From Paraphysomonas bandaiensis (lineage: Eukaryota > Protista > Chrysophyceae), in the NCBI GenBank assembly GCA_965644295.1, contig CBFFRP010000407.1, forward strand, positions 122,246-186,245: DNA of 64,000 bases. The letters run 5' to 3'. Shown here in pieces: positions 1-12,566 of the stretch. How positions within the stretch are numbered: position 1 is the first letter of the stretch; each line of letters begins with the position of its first letter. Made by a program: the position numbers and the translations under genes. Below the pieces are notes generated by a model, which searched no databases, was not told where the DNA came from, and saw only the letters and a program-made list of their open reading frames with translations.

Positions 1-2139
1 TTCTTCTTTTCATATGTACAACCACGTATCTCAGAAGCCTTTATCCGACGATATTTGCATCAGGGGACAATCCACAAAAGGTAATCACAGATATTTACAC
101 ATCGAATCTGCTGTGTTTGATGTTTCAGTATTATTATTTAGCATGATGGGATTAGCGGGTTTTGTTGGAAAGCTTCAAGGATAGGGGAAAGAGTGAGCTT
201 ATACGTGGCGATCGGATGCGTTTTGATGGCTTTTCATATTCTGTTTCTCAAGCAATAGTTACTCATATCGCACTAGCTTAAAAGTATTCCAGAGAGTATC
301 ACGATGGGTTACCAAATATGATAATTTGTATTTAATAATATTGAGTGAAGAAATTCAATAATACCAGGCTAGATTTAGCCCCTTCAGAAAGAAATATATG
401 GATTTATGTATTTTGCATATCTTATAAACTTATGACGAGGTACAACAGCAGGGCTTGATTTCCTTTTTGTTGAATCTGTTACACCAACCAGGCGTGATCG
501 TTCTCCATCTCTTTACCTCGGAAATCAATTTACATAGCAAATATGTCATCGATATTCACATTTCGTTCAGAATCAAATAGTTTAACGTAATTAAGATTTA
601 TAGGAAGTGCAATAACCAGATATCACCAGGTTACTTTATATTTTATATTTTATACTATGATCTCTCTTTAGTATATGATTACCAAGCTTGTACATATTAT
701 ATGTTTGAAAGCATGCAATTATTACAGTTCGTGGACTTATATATTACCAGGATCTATAGCATATAATAGCATTGATAAGATGAGCTTATTATTGATAAAA
801 ATAACTTTAACAGAAAAGGATATAGATAACAGAGTTATATTGAGGACTATCAATGAAGAATGATGAGAACAATGACTGATGATATTCAAGGGACATTATA
901 ATGATGCGCAATGCAGGAGAAATCCGGGTTTTACGTCCATACTGATAGATGTGTATTGTCGGATTATCCAATATTACAGTTGTACTTTATGTATTCTGTA
1001 TTTGGTATTGTCCCGAAGTTATTGTCTTTTGAATACTATATCTCCTCCTTCTTGCCTATACATATGTATGTTAGTATGTTTGAACTAGATCTATTTTGCA
1101 TCAACTACTATGAAATGCTTAATGTATCTTTCCTTATACATTGATTATGAATTATCCTCATGAACTAGTGTTCATGTCTAATCGACTGGTATGTTGGTAT
1201 GGAAAGCTTTGTTGCGTTTTGCAATTAAAAGCTGTAATTCTATCCGTCAGTTATGTCTCGTGGTTTGACAAATCAATGTACAGCTTTGAATTGAGAGGGA
1301 GTGTTGAGTTTTGCTGTTTGAGCAATTAAAAGCTGTAATTCTAAGGTGTTGGAATTATGACCATTAGTCGAAGAATACAGTATGATGAGCTGTATTATGA
1401 GAAGTGATATCATGACGATGTAAGATCGTACTAGAAATGAGTGGTAGTAGAGATAACGTGATATATAATCTTTTCTTATCTTAACTTGAGTAAATACTTA
1501 TACGTGAAAAAGTAACATTATAAATATGCATTATTAAATTTTGGTATATGGCGACATTTTATCTTTTTAACCTCTCAGAGATACAAATTACAGTAAAGTA
1601 GTAATCATTCAGTACTTTTAGATACAAAACCAGGTTTTGGTATATTACCCCGACGACTTCAAAGCAATCCATCACATAACCAGCACAGTTCATCCATTGT
1701 TGGTGCAGAAAGATTGCCAGCTACTCTTGTCTCATGCATATTATATACTTATATGAATAATGTCCTACAGTGTTAAGCAAGCATATACATATATATAATA
1801 TATTTATATAATATACTGTGTTTATAATAATAGTATATATATTATATACATATTATATAGAACATTGCATACATAAAATTACAATACACATAAAACCTTA
1901 CAAAAAGAGGTCTTACGATGGTTCTTATTCCACCAAAATACTAGTGAATGTCTGATAGGCGTGTAAGAGTCAGAGCTAATGTATCAAAAATATTAACTAA
2001 CTTGTGCTTTACTCTGATATCCTACTCTAATAGATATCCTAACTCGTGATGTTGCTGCAAAGGATGTTGTTGATAGCAAAATATCTACTGATATGCCTCA
2101 TATATCACCTGCACCTCAAAATGTCTCCAAAATATGTCC

Positions 2140-2528
2140 CATGTAGAATCCACCATACCTCGTAACATGCCTGCAATATCTTATGCACCTCATGTTGGCA
2201 TGATGATGGTGTCTGTCTCTCACACGGGAAAACGTCGTCCTCTGAAAGCAATGCATATACGTCGTCTGCAAGGTATCTTGATGCACACGCTCAAAAGTCG
2301 AGTTGCCTGGTCTTGGGCCACCTGCATATACGGAAATATTCCTTATAACTGCTATCATCATGCCTGCTGTTGTTGTTTAACTGTGTAACGCAGTAGCAGA
2401 CGACGTATATGCATTGCTTTCAGTGGACGACGTTGTCCCGTGGTGTGAGAGACAGACACCATCATCATGCCAACATGAGGTGCATAAGATATTGCAGGCA
2501 TGTTACGAGGTACGGTGGATTCTACATG
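2140..2528. repeat. Long inverted repeat (arms ~130 bp at 2140-2269 and 2396-2528, spacer ~125 bp)
   Basis: Arm CATGTAGAATCCACC...CGTCGTCTGC is the near-perfect reverse complement of GCAGACGACG...GGTGGATTCTACATG. The same peptide RDRHHHHANMRCIRYCRHVTRYGGFYM appears on opposite strands in the ORF track. Confidence 0.95.
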
Positions 2529-2564
2529 ATTACTTCAAAACGTTTTTATGAATCCATATTACAC

Positions 2565-2599
<35 letters not shown>

Positions 2600-2930
2600 A
2601 GATTAATAAGATCTGTTCGTGATTATGATTATAATAATATATATAATAAGCAATAATTGTGTACAACATGAGTATCAGTCAGTCAGTAGTACTCTCGAAA
2701 TGTTTTTTCTTTTTTCTCAGAACATGTTTTACTGACACAAGCAAAACTTTTAACAACATGTATGTCAAAAAGTAGTTACTTCTGGTGCATATATGGCTCC
2801 AGAAGAATTCATATGACATCTGAACGATTATGAAAACCTGGTCAAATTCACTTCCCAGGTTTCATGCCCAGGTCGACTTTTGTCCAGTGAACTTAGTAAA
2901 TCATCCAATTGTGCCATATCTTGACAAGCT

Positions 2931-3400
2931 TGAAAGTCTTACTATTAGCAATAGGCGTTAAAAACCTGCACCAAATAGGTAGCTAGATAAATGCTAGACA
3001 AACTAGTTAGACCTCTACCTGTAACTAATCAGTACACACTTTTTTATCCTACTATATAAGAAGGCTACGGAAGCTGCTTGTGAGTCGCCGCAAGCACCAA
3101 GGTGCGACCACCTCCGCTCTGAGTTCTTAAGGTGAACATCCCGGATTCTTGACTTCAGCAGGCAGCCGAATATCCCGGTTACCCTTCAGGTGATCCCTGT
3201 TTTTTCGTCAGGGCCCAAAGACGTCTACACAAGTGACACTTATTGGTGTCCCTTGTACCACACAAGCATTCGGCTGTGAGTGGGCAGACGAATATCTGCT
3301 GACTATGTTTGCGGCTCACGTTAGTTTCCCAGAATGAATCTCTCCGTTACTCTTATCCCCCAGAACATCACGAAAAGGTGAGAGTCCGACTTTGTTGAGG
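2931..3400 (-). mobile_element. SINE-like/non-autonomous non-LTR element, full-length copy
   Basis: On the minus strand it starts CCTCAACAAAGTCGGAC and ends TTGCTAATAGTAAGACTTTCA. It is closely similar to 54864-55311 plus 56502-56540, and its 3' ~190 nt matches the LINE 3' UTR at 9239-9425. Confidence 0.85.
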
Positions 3401-3675
3401 GCATAGGATGGTAAGCTTGAAAGATTTATAGACTGAACGGCATAATGCTTTAATTATTATAAATTAGAAACATATATATAATTATGATCAATGTCACTTA
3501 TCATTCATATGGCCAATTGCCGGATTACACCCTTTCTCCTCTCTCCTTCTTGTGTGTGAATTGAGACGATTCCAACCACCAATCATTCTCATAGTACTAT
3601 CATAACAGATATAATATATAATATTGTCACGATATTATGCAGTCCAGAAGTTTCAGTTTCACTACTACTATGATT

Positions 3676-4037
3676 CCTCAACAAAGTCGGACTCGCACCT
3701 TTTCTTCGACTAAATAGTTCTAGAGGTATGTACCGGAGATATTTCTCCAGGAAACTAATATGAGCCGCTTATATATATAATATATTATAACGTCAGCAGA
3801 TACTGTAGATGTCGTTGGGCCTTGAATAATAAACAAACATCCGGAATTGGGCCCACCTCAAGGGTAACCGGAGTATTGGGCTGCCTTCTGTTGTTCACCT
3901 TAAAATCCTGAAGTTAGCAGCTGTCAGGTATATCAACATAATATATATTCTGCTTTCTCACTACGTTTAGAGTGAAAGTAGTTGCACCTTGTTGATGCTT
4001 GCGGTGATGCATTCAAGCAGCTTTTGTAGCGTTAAAT
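3676..4037 (+). mobile_element. Degenerate SINE-like copy (subfamily with extra internal segment)
   Basis: Starts CCTCAACAAAGTCGGACTCGCACC. Shares AAATCCTGAAGTTAGCAG-TGTCAGGTATATCAAC with the copy at 42868, and the GTTGCACC..TGCTTGCGG..CAAGCAGC tail motif. Confidence 0.75.
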
Positions 4038-5397
4038 ATGACTCTTAAAGTTACTTCATTCAATCCCTCCTAGAAATATTATGACGAGTTGTGGCATCTG
4101 TAGTCAAGAGTGACCCACAGGCCCGAACAGTCAACGAATTCAGCTATCTTATAATAGACCTCTCTTATCATTAGTAGATTTTTTGATCACTGCTTTCATT
4201 TGTCATTTTCTCTACGTTGTACACAACAATATATAGTGTACCCAACCTACACTATAGCGAGAATGTTCGCACCTCTTGGTGCTTCCGACGACGCATAAGC
4301 AGTTAAATATAGTAAGATATTGGAGTTTGCACTTGAGTTTAGTTTTTTGCTTATCTAGCTACAAATCTGGTTCTGACTCTTTTGGCGCCAATTACTAACT
4401 AAACACACATTTAAACGAGTTGGTGAGGAACATCAGCAGCTGGAGAGGATCATCATTTTTTTTCTTATCTCTTAGTTTTTCATAAAAATTCTATTATCTC
4501 TTAGTTTTAGACCGGGAATCTTTTCCTAGTGACAAAGTTCATCAAGATCGGAGAAAAATGATGAAAACGCTTCTATCTCTTCTCTTGGATTATTGACGAC
4601 CCCGCCAGAGTGACTTTCGTGGGAGGACCTTTTCCTTTGAAGAGTTAGCATATACATACATATTTAAAAACATACTATCTTGGAATTCCGTCATTTTTAA
4701 CCCTTTTCAAAAAAAGGTCGGGTTACAACCCAAAGTCTGATATCGCAATGAATGTCTGGCATATGGGAAAACGTCGTTGCCTCTAGATAACATGGAAAAG
4801 CCCAAATTATGTGTATCAATGAATATTACTATATTATATGATATGTAGCAACCTGATATTGTATATTATGCAGTTTAAGATATATATTATGCTTCTATAA
4901 GTTCTGGGGAACTAACGTGACCCGCATATATATATTGTCAGCAACTATTGTTTTCCCCTCTCATAACTACAAGTATTACACTATTATCTATATTTTGTGT
5001 GGTACAAGAAACAATGTGCAACTTGTGTAGTAGACGTCTATTTGCCTTAACGATCTACTTGTCCAAACTACCCTATGTCTCCTGTATATGCGGCAGATCT
5101 GTTGGGCCGTCGTCAAGGTGGTGGTGACAGCAGCAGGTAGTCTGGAGGTAGTCTCTTGCACCGGGTCCTCCCACGGTCTCTCCCCACTCGGATAACATAA
5201 AAGCACTACAAATGTACATGAATGCAAGTTGTAGTGACGACGTAAGATCGTACGAGATATGAGAGGTAGTAGAGACATGATAAAAGATATTGATTATAAC
5301 TTATTATAAAAAGTATAAGGAATTTAATCCAAAACACACCTTATACAGAAGAAAAACAGGCGCCGACGCTCGGCGCCGAGCAGAAAGGGATGGTCTC

Positions 5398-5916
5398 ATG
5401 ACATCAAAAAGAGAAAGATGTCATGAAACCTTTCCCTTTTCCTTTTGCAATGAGGACGTCAATCAAAGTGTCATTAATGCTGACTCTGTAGACGTAACTG
5501 TAAATGCGGAATTGTTGAAATGGCCAGTGTGCGACCCTCAGTACGTCCTTGATCAGCTATTAGAACCTGAACAATGTCCTAATGGAAGAACTATTTTCAA
5601 TAAGTATGTAAAAGGGAAAAAACTTTGTGATCCCCAAAAGAATAAGGCACAAGCCTTTTTTCATTCCCTAAGCCCAAATGTTAAAAAGCTAGTGGTAAGC
5701 GCACTATGCGCACGAATCAACAACTATCACGCATTCGGGCAGCAGGACAATGAGATTCCTTCAGCTGAATGGCTACATTTCTCTGCTCAGTTTGGAGATC
5801 CTTACGTTTACGCCATAACGTTATTCAGTCGTGTAAGTGCATTGAAAACTTGGGTAAGTGCATTGGACCAAAACATCAACGCGATTCAGGTGTCATTAGC
5901 TGTACGGATGACATAA
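5398..5916 (+). CDS. Hypothetical ORF, possibly the degraded second gene of the Harbinger element
   Basis: Open frame lying inside the element and convergent to the transposase; no recognised motif. Confidence 0.3.
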   Translation: MTSKRERCHETFPFSFCNEDVNQSVINADSVDVTVNAELLKWPVCDPQYVLDQLLEPEQCPNGRTIFNKYVKGKKLCDPQKNKAQAFFHSLSPNVKKLVVSALCARINNYHAFGQQDNEIPSAEWLHFSAQFGDPYVYAITLFSRVSALKTWVSALDQNINAIQVSLAVRMT

Positions 5917-6089
5917 CTATAAGCCGCGTCAATAAGGATCGCCAGAGTAAACGTAGGCGAGCTATGAACTAAGAGGGGAAACGCACCCGAGAAATGTCGA
6001 CTCCAAACAGTGATGCCAGCTCTCTGTCGTCTGCGTATATCATATGTACATACTAATGTCTACCTATCATATGCACATCGAAGTTGTCT

Positions 6090-6720
6090 CTAGAGAATCC
6101 CCCACCGTGGCGTCAACACGCCAAAGAACTGGCTCGTATTCGTGAATGCCTTATCCCCAACAAAATAATACGGATGTGGTAATTGACCGTCGTCTAATAC
6201 CTGTTTCAAGTTGCAACAGTCCCATGCTGGGATTATCGTTAGTTGAGCCTGAACATTTGCATACCAGAGAAAGAATTTCAAATCCGCATCGCAGCCAGCT
6301 ATGATCAAAACAGCCATGCCTGTTGCGAAATGTTATAGGAGAAGCTACCTCACTGCTTGTCTAGAAACCCTAACCCAACCATCAACTGCAAGAACACAGT
6401 CTTTTAGAACATCATTGCTCGCCTTAGTGAAACGGTAGCCATCTGCCGTAATTTGATTTTGTCATCAATGGCCTCCATGGTACCCGATATAACTCCCCCT
6501 GTAACGAAGAATGTGAATTGTATGCTATTCCGAACTCAAAGCAGATATCCAAGTGTGACCCACCGGCTAGCCAACGAAGCGTCTCAGCTAGTCGTGTTCT
6601 CAGACAGATGGGGCTTCCGCTTGAATTACAGGCTTTCTGCCAGTGATATTCATTGTCGAATAAACCATCGTAGTACTCAACTGCGTAAGCTATTACATAA
6701 GCATATGTATGGTCTTTCAT
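6090..6720 (-). pseudogene. PIF/Harbinger (HARBI1/DDE_Tnp_4-like) transposase, frameshifted
   Basis: Motifs SSGSPICLRTRLAETLRWLAGGSHLDICFEFGI and HPYYFVGDKAF are split over different frames. Confidence 0.85.
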
Positions 6721-7050
6721 GTTTTACAACCTAGTTTTGCAAGTAGAACTTTGAAGGAAGGTACTCAATGGTCTGTTACAGTATAAATCAAAGTGTGTCA
6801 TGTTGGGTCGATTTCTTTCTTCTGTCTGTATAAGGCGATTTTTCCGTATTCTTGGACGCTCGGCGCTGAGAGAAAAGCCTTTTGACTCTTTTTTGTATAA
6901 TGTGACATATTTGCAAAATACTCTCGGCGCCGAGAGCTGGGCTTTTTAGCTTTTTTATCGACGAGCTCCGTATAAGGCGCCCCTAAGTAAACACTTCGAT
7001 TAGCTAAAAATAGTGATGATTTCAGTATAAGAAATATTATATATATCATC

Positions 7051-9430
7051 TTTGGGTTACAGCTGCTCCAGATCCTTTCTCATTTCTAGCGCAGTCTGCA
7101 GTTTATATGAGACCTCATACTGTACCAATTCAAACAACACAGAAACAATATCTGGGGGCAGATCTACCACTGACACGGACTCATACAACTGGTGTACAAA
7201 CTACCTACAGGCAGCAGGCACACACCTTGGGATCAAGCGGGTTGCAAAGTCATAATTATCCCCACTCTACTTTACAGGGCCACTAAAGCCTCATGGCCCC
7301 TACAATGGTACAAGGACATTGACTGCACCTGCGCACAGGGGAGGGGATGCAGGTGACGCAGCGCACTTCCTCCTCACACAAACAATTGCTCCGCACCTAA
7401 ACTACCACCACTTTGCCTCAAGCTTAAGGTAATGGGATACTGAGGTCGGTCTCACGCTCCAACGGCCGGAACTCGCTGGACCTGAAGATGCACACACACT
7501 GACCAGCATTATACGCACATTAGGACTTGATGATGCCGACTCTGATACTTACCAAGCAATCTTCACAGACGGATCATATACTCCTGCAGCCCTCAGATGG
7601 ACATCACGGAGGGGCGGTGGTCTGGCTACCCTCGGAGAATGAATGGCAGAGCTGCACTACTGAAATCCTGCGCTTAGAGACATACTTCAGCGACGTACCT
7701 GGACTTGGACCGTATGCGTACAAACTCATGGGCGCTGGAATGGCTCTTATACTATCTGCGCCGCTCCCTGCACACATACCGATCAACACAGACTGTAAGG
7801 CCGTGCGGATGCATACTTTCCACCAGACGTCGAGCACTGGGACATCGTGCCAAAGGTGTCCTGCTCGAAAGTATTGCAGCAACCACAGATTGTACAAGGA
7901 AAGTAGCATGGGTTCGATCACACCCGAAACGACGCACCACTGACGAATCTGAAGGCGTTTACATTGCAGACGCAATAGCCGGAGAGGCCTGGCTTGAGGT
8001 TGATAACCTACTGGGCCGACAAAATTACACTGTTTGTAATATAGAAGTGGACCAAGCCATTTAGCGAATATGCTTATGGCAGTGGCGCCTATCGGGGGAA
8101 CGACGGCCATTTCGTACGAGCCCCCTCCCCACGGACCCTAATTCCCTCCGCAGTCATCGGACGCTGGAGTCCTACACTGCATACAGTGATCAACACTACG
8201 GTCACAATCCCGACCGGTAACCTAGATATTGGACAGACAGCGGAGCACTACTCCCGCGCAAACTGGCGCAAGCAGATGGTGGACCATCAAAGGACAAAGA
8301 TAGCTCTCACCTACGCCAACGAGTGCTGAATGTAGCATTGACATGGGATTGTCCTTCAGCATAGGAAGAAACCGGGCTAAAACTAAACACGGACTAGACC
8401 TGATCAAAGCCGTCTGTTCTGACTGCGGATTTAGACTAGACTCCCTCAAGCACATGTGCTTAGACTGCACTAATGACGCCATCACTCAGATAAGGGAATC
8501 GGTATTTCACAGCCACAAAAACGCGCTTCAAGAGGTACTGAGAAATCCGGTCCTACCCCACTGGACCACCACTGCGCTACAGAGACTCTCCAGCAGGGCC
8601 TGGAACCGCTCTGTGCCACAGGTGGAGAGATTCTGGACAGGTACCATCACCTTTGCACAACTCGAGACGATTTTTGGAGATCACATCCATGAGCCCTTTA
8701 GACACCCCAAGGTCTGCGCAACATTGAAACAGCGGAAATCAGCTTGCTTCTACCGCTTTTCGCTGCAGCAAAACTAATGATCCAGGATCCTCACACGAAG
8801 GACCCCCTAGGCTACTCCCGCGACCGCGTCCAAAGCATAAACAGAAATGGAAACGCCCAAGAGTACTACGATTACTAGGAGTCCAAAGACGACCAGAGAC
8901 TGGAGTACCATCCACCGCTAACACCTACCCCACCTCTCATATACGCAGGAATAAAGCACCGGACCGCATGAAACCATCAGGTCCGAGACAAAGACGCCGT
9001 CTCCGGCATCTCCGCCAATGCCTGACGCCCAAACGATGCACGGAGCAACGCCACCTTCCACCACACTACTCACCTCTTTGCACGCACACCTAGTGCTCGC
9101 TACACTACGGACCTTAATGCAGAACCATGTACCACAGAGCCTGGTGAAACCGTATCCCAAGGGGAGACCCCCGGACAACACGCGCCAGTGAGTCCAAAGA
9201 CACACGAGCAGGGCGAAACTCACAAAAAACATTAAGAACGGAAGTGGTTGCACCTTGGTGCTTGCGGCGACGCACAAGCAGCTTCTGTAGCGTTAAATAG
9301 TAGGATAATGGAATTTGTACGGATTAGTTATGGGTAGAGGTCTAACTCGTATGTCTAGCATTCAACTAGCCACTATATTGGTACAGGTTTCTAACGCCTA
9401 TTGCTAAAAAAAAAGACTTTCAATAATAAT
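7051..9430 (+). mobile_element. 5'-truncated LINE family A (RNase H domain, C-terminal Zn knuckle, 3' UTR), frameshifted
   Basis: IFTDGSY-like motif at ~7559, WVRSHPKRR...YIADAIA (RNase H), CSDCGFRLDSLKHMCLDC. The 3' end is TTGCTAAAAAAAAAGACTTTCAATAATAAT. A second copy lies at 55312-56501. Confidence 0.88.
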
Positions 9431-9827
9431 TTAAATATCTTGTAACTTATAACTACAGCTTTCAATTGCTCTCATATAGCAGACCTCAACAATTTCACCG
9501 AATACAACATATTATTTTCACCGTCGTAGACTTCAACATTGAATTAGCTATACTATTTTGTCCAAATTACTGCATTATATAATTGGACTGATATACGACT
9601 ACATGCATTATGTTATTTCCCATTCCTGTTTTCTCGTATATAACAGAGCAATAGTCACTATTATCAGCTACTCAACTGGTACATATTCCGTTTATTATTA
9701 CTTCTATATTCTATTGATACAAAGTACGGTAGACCCGATCAACAAAACTTCACATCATATATTCCATTTTTTATGGTAATTCGAGAATCTCGTGGACTTC
9801 TTACTGATGGACTGACAAGAAATTATC

Positions 9828-11915
9828 TCATATAGTTCCAACAACACAACGCCCATCTACGATGACAGCCTCCACGTTCCTATCGTCACCGAGGAAAATA
9901 AATTTCTCGAAGTAATTATGAACAGTTTCGCCTTCGAAAATATCAATAGGACCTTCAGGATTCTGGACATCCACCAGAATACAATCCATTTTTTTGCCTG
10001 TCAATAGGGTAGTATGAAAGGATGGAGTCAAACAAAAACAAAAACCAGAAGATAAGATACAATGCTGTGAAAAGAATATCGTGATAATGGACAGAAAGTG
10101 CAAAGTATAATATACGGCATACAAAGCCGAAGGTGTAGTGGTTAGTTTACCTGGAGTGAAGTTACCAACCACGCTGCCCATTCCAAGCGCATCCGCACCC
10201 CCTTGTGTTGCTAAATAAAATGCTTCATTCGTCGTCAACCATCTGCCACAATGTAAAGAAGTCGCCGAAAAGCGAAATTACTGCAACAGCTGAGGTATAA
10301 AAGGAAACCGCACATATCAATACTTCACTAAACACAAAATAAAATGTATTGGTCGGCTCATAGCACACCTGTACGGGCCTTTCACAGCATCACCAGAGCC
10401 AGTGTTCGAAGTGTCCAGCTCATTCATAGATGGCGGAATACCGTCTTTTCTTAACCTTTTAATACCACAGACGTGAGAAAAGACATAAAGAATATATACT
10501 CAAGTGTAATCTACATGCAGTCACACCTAAATTTATAGCCTTACCACATACAGATGATGAAATGAAGTCAGCGACATACAACGGCCATGCAAATAATCAC
10601 TACGACACCTGAATCCCATTGCCCTGGAGGCAGATATAGTATTTCTTATACAGTCCAGCATTGAAGCAGAAGCGCCTCCTGCAACGTCTGTTCCTAGCCC
10701 CACTGTCACACCGGCATCTAAAAACCTTCGCACATCCATGATCCCAGAGCCTGCAATATGAAAAGTTACGCACGGCTACTGAATCCGAAAAATATGAAGT
10801 AGTGTGTATACACAGGAATCCGCATGCCGCAAACGATATAGATATGGTGTACGTAACCATCACATCCACATTACGTGTATATTGTTAATCATATATAGCG
10901 TCAGTGTACCTAACAAGAAGTTAGACGAAGCACAATTAACAGTGGACGTGTTAGTTGACTTCAGCAACTCCAATTCTTCTTCAGAGCAGTGAATGCAGTG
11001 ACCCATTATAGATCCCCAATGAAGCAACTTGAAGTCGTTGTATATTCCTGCGTAAGTGGTAGCATCAGGATGAAGGCTTTTGACAAAGGCAATCTCATTC
11101 AGCGATTCGGACAGATGGGACTGAACCGGAAGGCCATACTTATGACTGATAACACCCAATCCCATCATACTTTCGGCAGTACACGTGGGCACGAATCGCG
11201 GAGTAACGCACGGTAATACTAAAGGGGCATCGACACTATTCAATAGTGACCTACGGGATAGAAAGGGTTCATTGCAGTTGTATGAACCGGATGTAGTTTC
11301 CGCGTCAACATGAGACAATATCTCCATACCAGAAGGCGACTGTTGCAGAACTTTGCGTACAAAGCTCTCAGTGTTAGTAACACTATCACTGGTGCTCTCA
11401 ATATAGAATTCAGGACAGTTGCGATCCATTGCCACTTTGCCTACAAAAGCTCTCTGTCCGATGGAAGATATAATTTCAGCTAATAGCACCGCTGCGGGTT
11501 CATGAAGAGTAGCATAGTAAGCCGCGAATGTAGTACCGAATTTCAAGTGGCGACGAACAGCCTTCTCGTAAGCGTAACGTGCAAATGCAATATCTTTAAA
11601 GCGTGATTCGACTGGGAAAGTGTATGTGTCAAGCCATTCCATGAGATCCATATCAACACCTGTGCCTGTGAAGACATATTGTGGGGCATGACAATGAGCA
11701 TCCACAAAGCCAGGCATAATCAATTTCCCGGTTTTTCTGAATACATTAGACTGATCCAGGGCGTCAACCTCTTTCACAGCCTCAGGATTCGATAAATCGA
11801 GAACAGACTCAATAATCCCCTTAGCGTTGTAGATAATCGCACCATTCTCGATAATTTCCAATGCCCCAAACTGTACAGCATGGACAATACTACCAACAAT
11901 GCACTTCTTCGACAT
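9828..11915 (-). CDS. GDA: Guanine deaminase (amidohydrolase), ~5 exons
   Basis: PGFVDAHCHAPQY, VTPRFVPTCT, QSHLSES, MGHCIH, VGLGTDVAGG, EAFYLATQGGADALG, EKFIFLGDDRNV. GT-AG introns separate the ORF pieces. Confidence 0.95.
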
Positions 11916-12074
11916 ACTTGACTAGAATTATCGGAGATGAAAGTATAAATGGGATGGACAAACAAGAATGCAGAAGAATGTTCATATCCAGCTCCACTGC
12001 CTCCAATTGCATGCCATGAAATATGAGTGGACTAACTCCTACGATCATAATACAATAGTGGAATACCGTATCTT

Positions 12075-12104
12075 TGTATGTATGTATGTATGTATGTATG
12101 TATG

Positions 12105-12136
<32 letters not shown>

Positions 12137-12268
12137 TGTATGTATGTATGTATGTATGTATGTATGTATGTATGTATGTATGTATGTATGTATGTATGTA
12201 TGTATGTATGTATGTATGTATGTATGTATGTATGTATGTATGTATGTATGTATGTATGTATGTATGTA
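12075..12268. repeat. (TATG)n microsatellite
   Basis: About 190 bp of near-perfect TATG units. Confidence 0.99.
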
Positions 12269-12566
12269 CTGCAGGTAGGTGGGAATATGTAGGTATCGTA
12301 GTGTGTGGTGCGTACTGGGATTCAATTTTTCTGGTCGTGCGATGTTTTGAGTGCTGGTGGACTACAGTGAGAATTATTTTATGACTGCTGCCACCAACGT
12401 AGCGTTATGTAACGAGAAGAACAGGCTAGTTGGTAAACTTACGTGCCCAGCGGCCGCAGAGCCTTACATCACTCGTCCATATTAGTGACTTGTGTATAGC
12501 TGCTGCGCTTTCATAGTCCACGTCGTTGCATGCTGGTATAGTGTCAGGAGTAGTCAATTCATAGCA

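Larger units (their letters stand above)
5335..6983 (-). mobile_element. Degenerate PIF/Harbinger DNA transposon
   Basis: Transposase fragments inside. The right end ...TATAAGGCGCCCC is followed by TAA, a Harbinger-type target. CCTTATAC and CTCGGCGCCGAG motifs recur near both ends. The left boundary is approximate. Confidence 0.65.

Noticed and set aside
1-2100. Short ORFs at the window start
   Set aside because: AT-rich, no motifs, and overlapping degenerate dispersed repeats (for example 1410-1465, similar to 5235-5280).
3300-3400. tRNA-derived SINE head
   Set aside because: No recognisable A box, B box (GTTCRA) or cloverleaf.
4697-4720. piggyBac-like TTAACCC ends (also 48457 and 59672)
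   Set aside because: No matching partner TIR or transposase could be paired with any of them.
9259-9300. Group II intron domain V or pistol ribozyme (GNRA stem with AC bulge; CGTTAAATAG)
   Set aside because: No AGC catalytic triad or domain VI, and the remaining pistol pseudoknot elements are absent. Kept only as an unnamed structured RNA.
11968-12384. MYVC/IHTY repeat ORFs
   Set aside because: Translations of the (TATG)n microsatellite.
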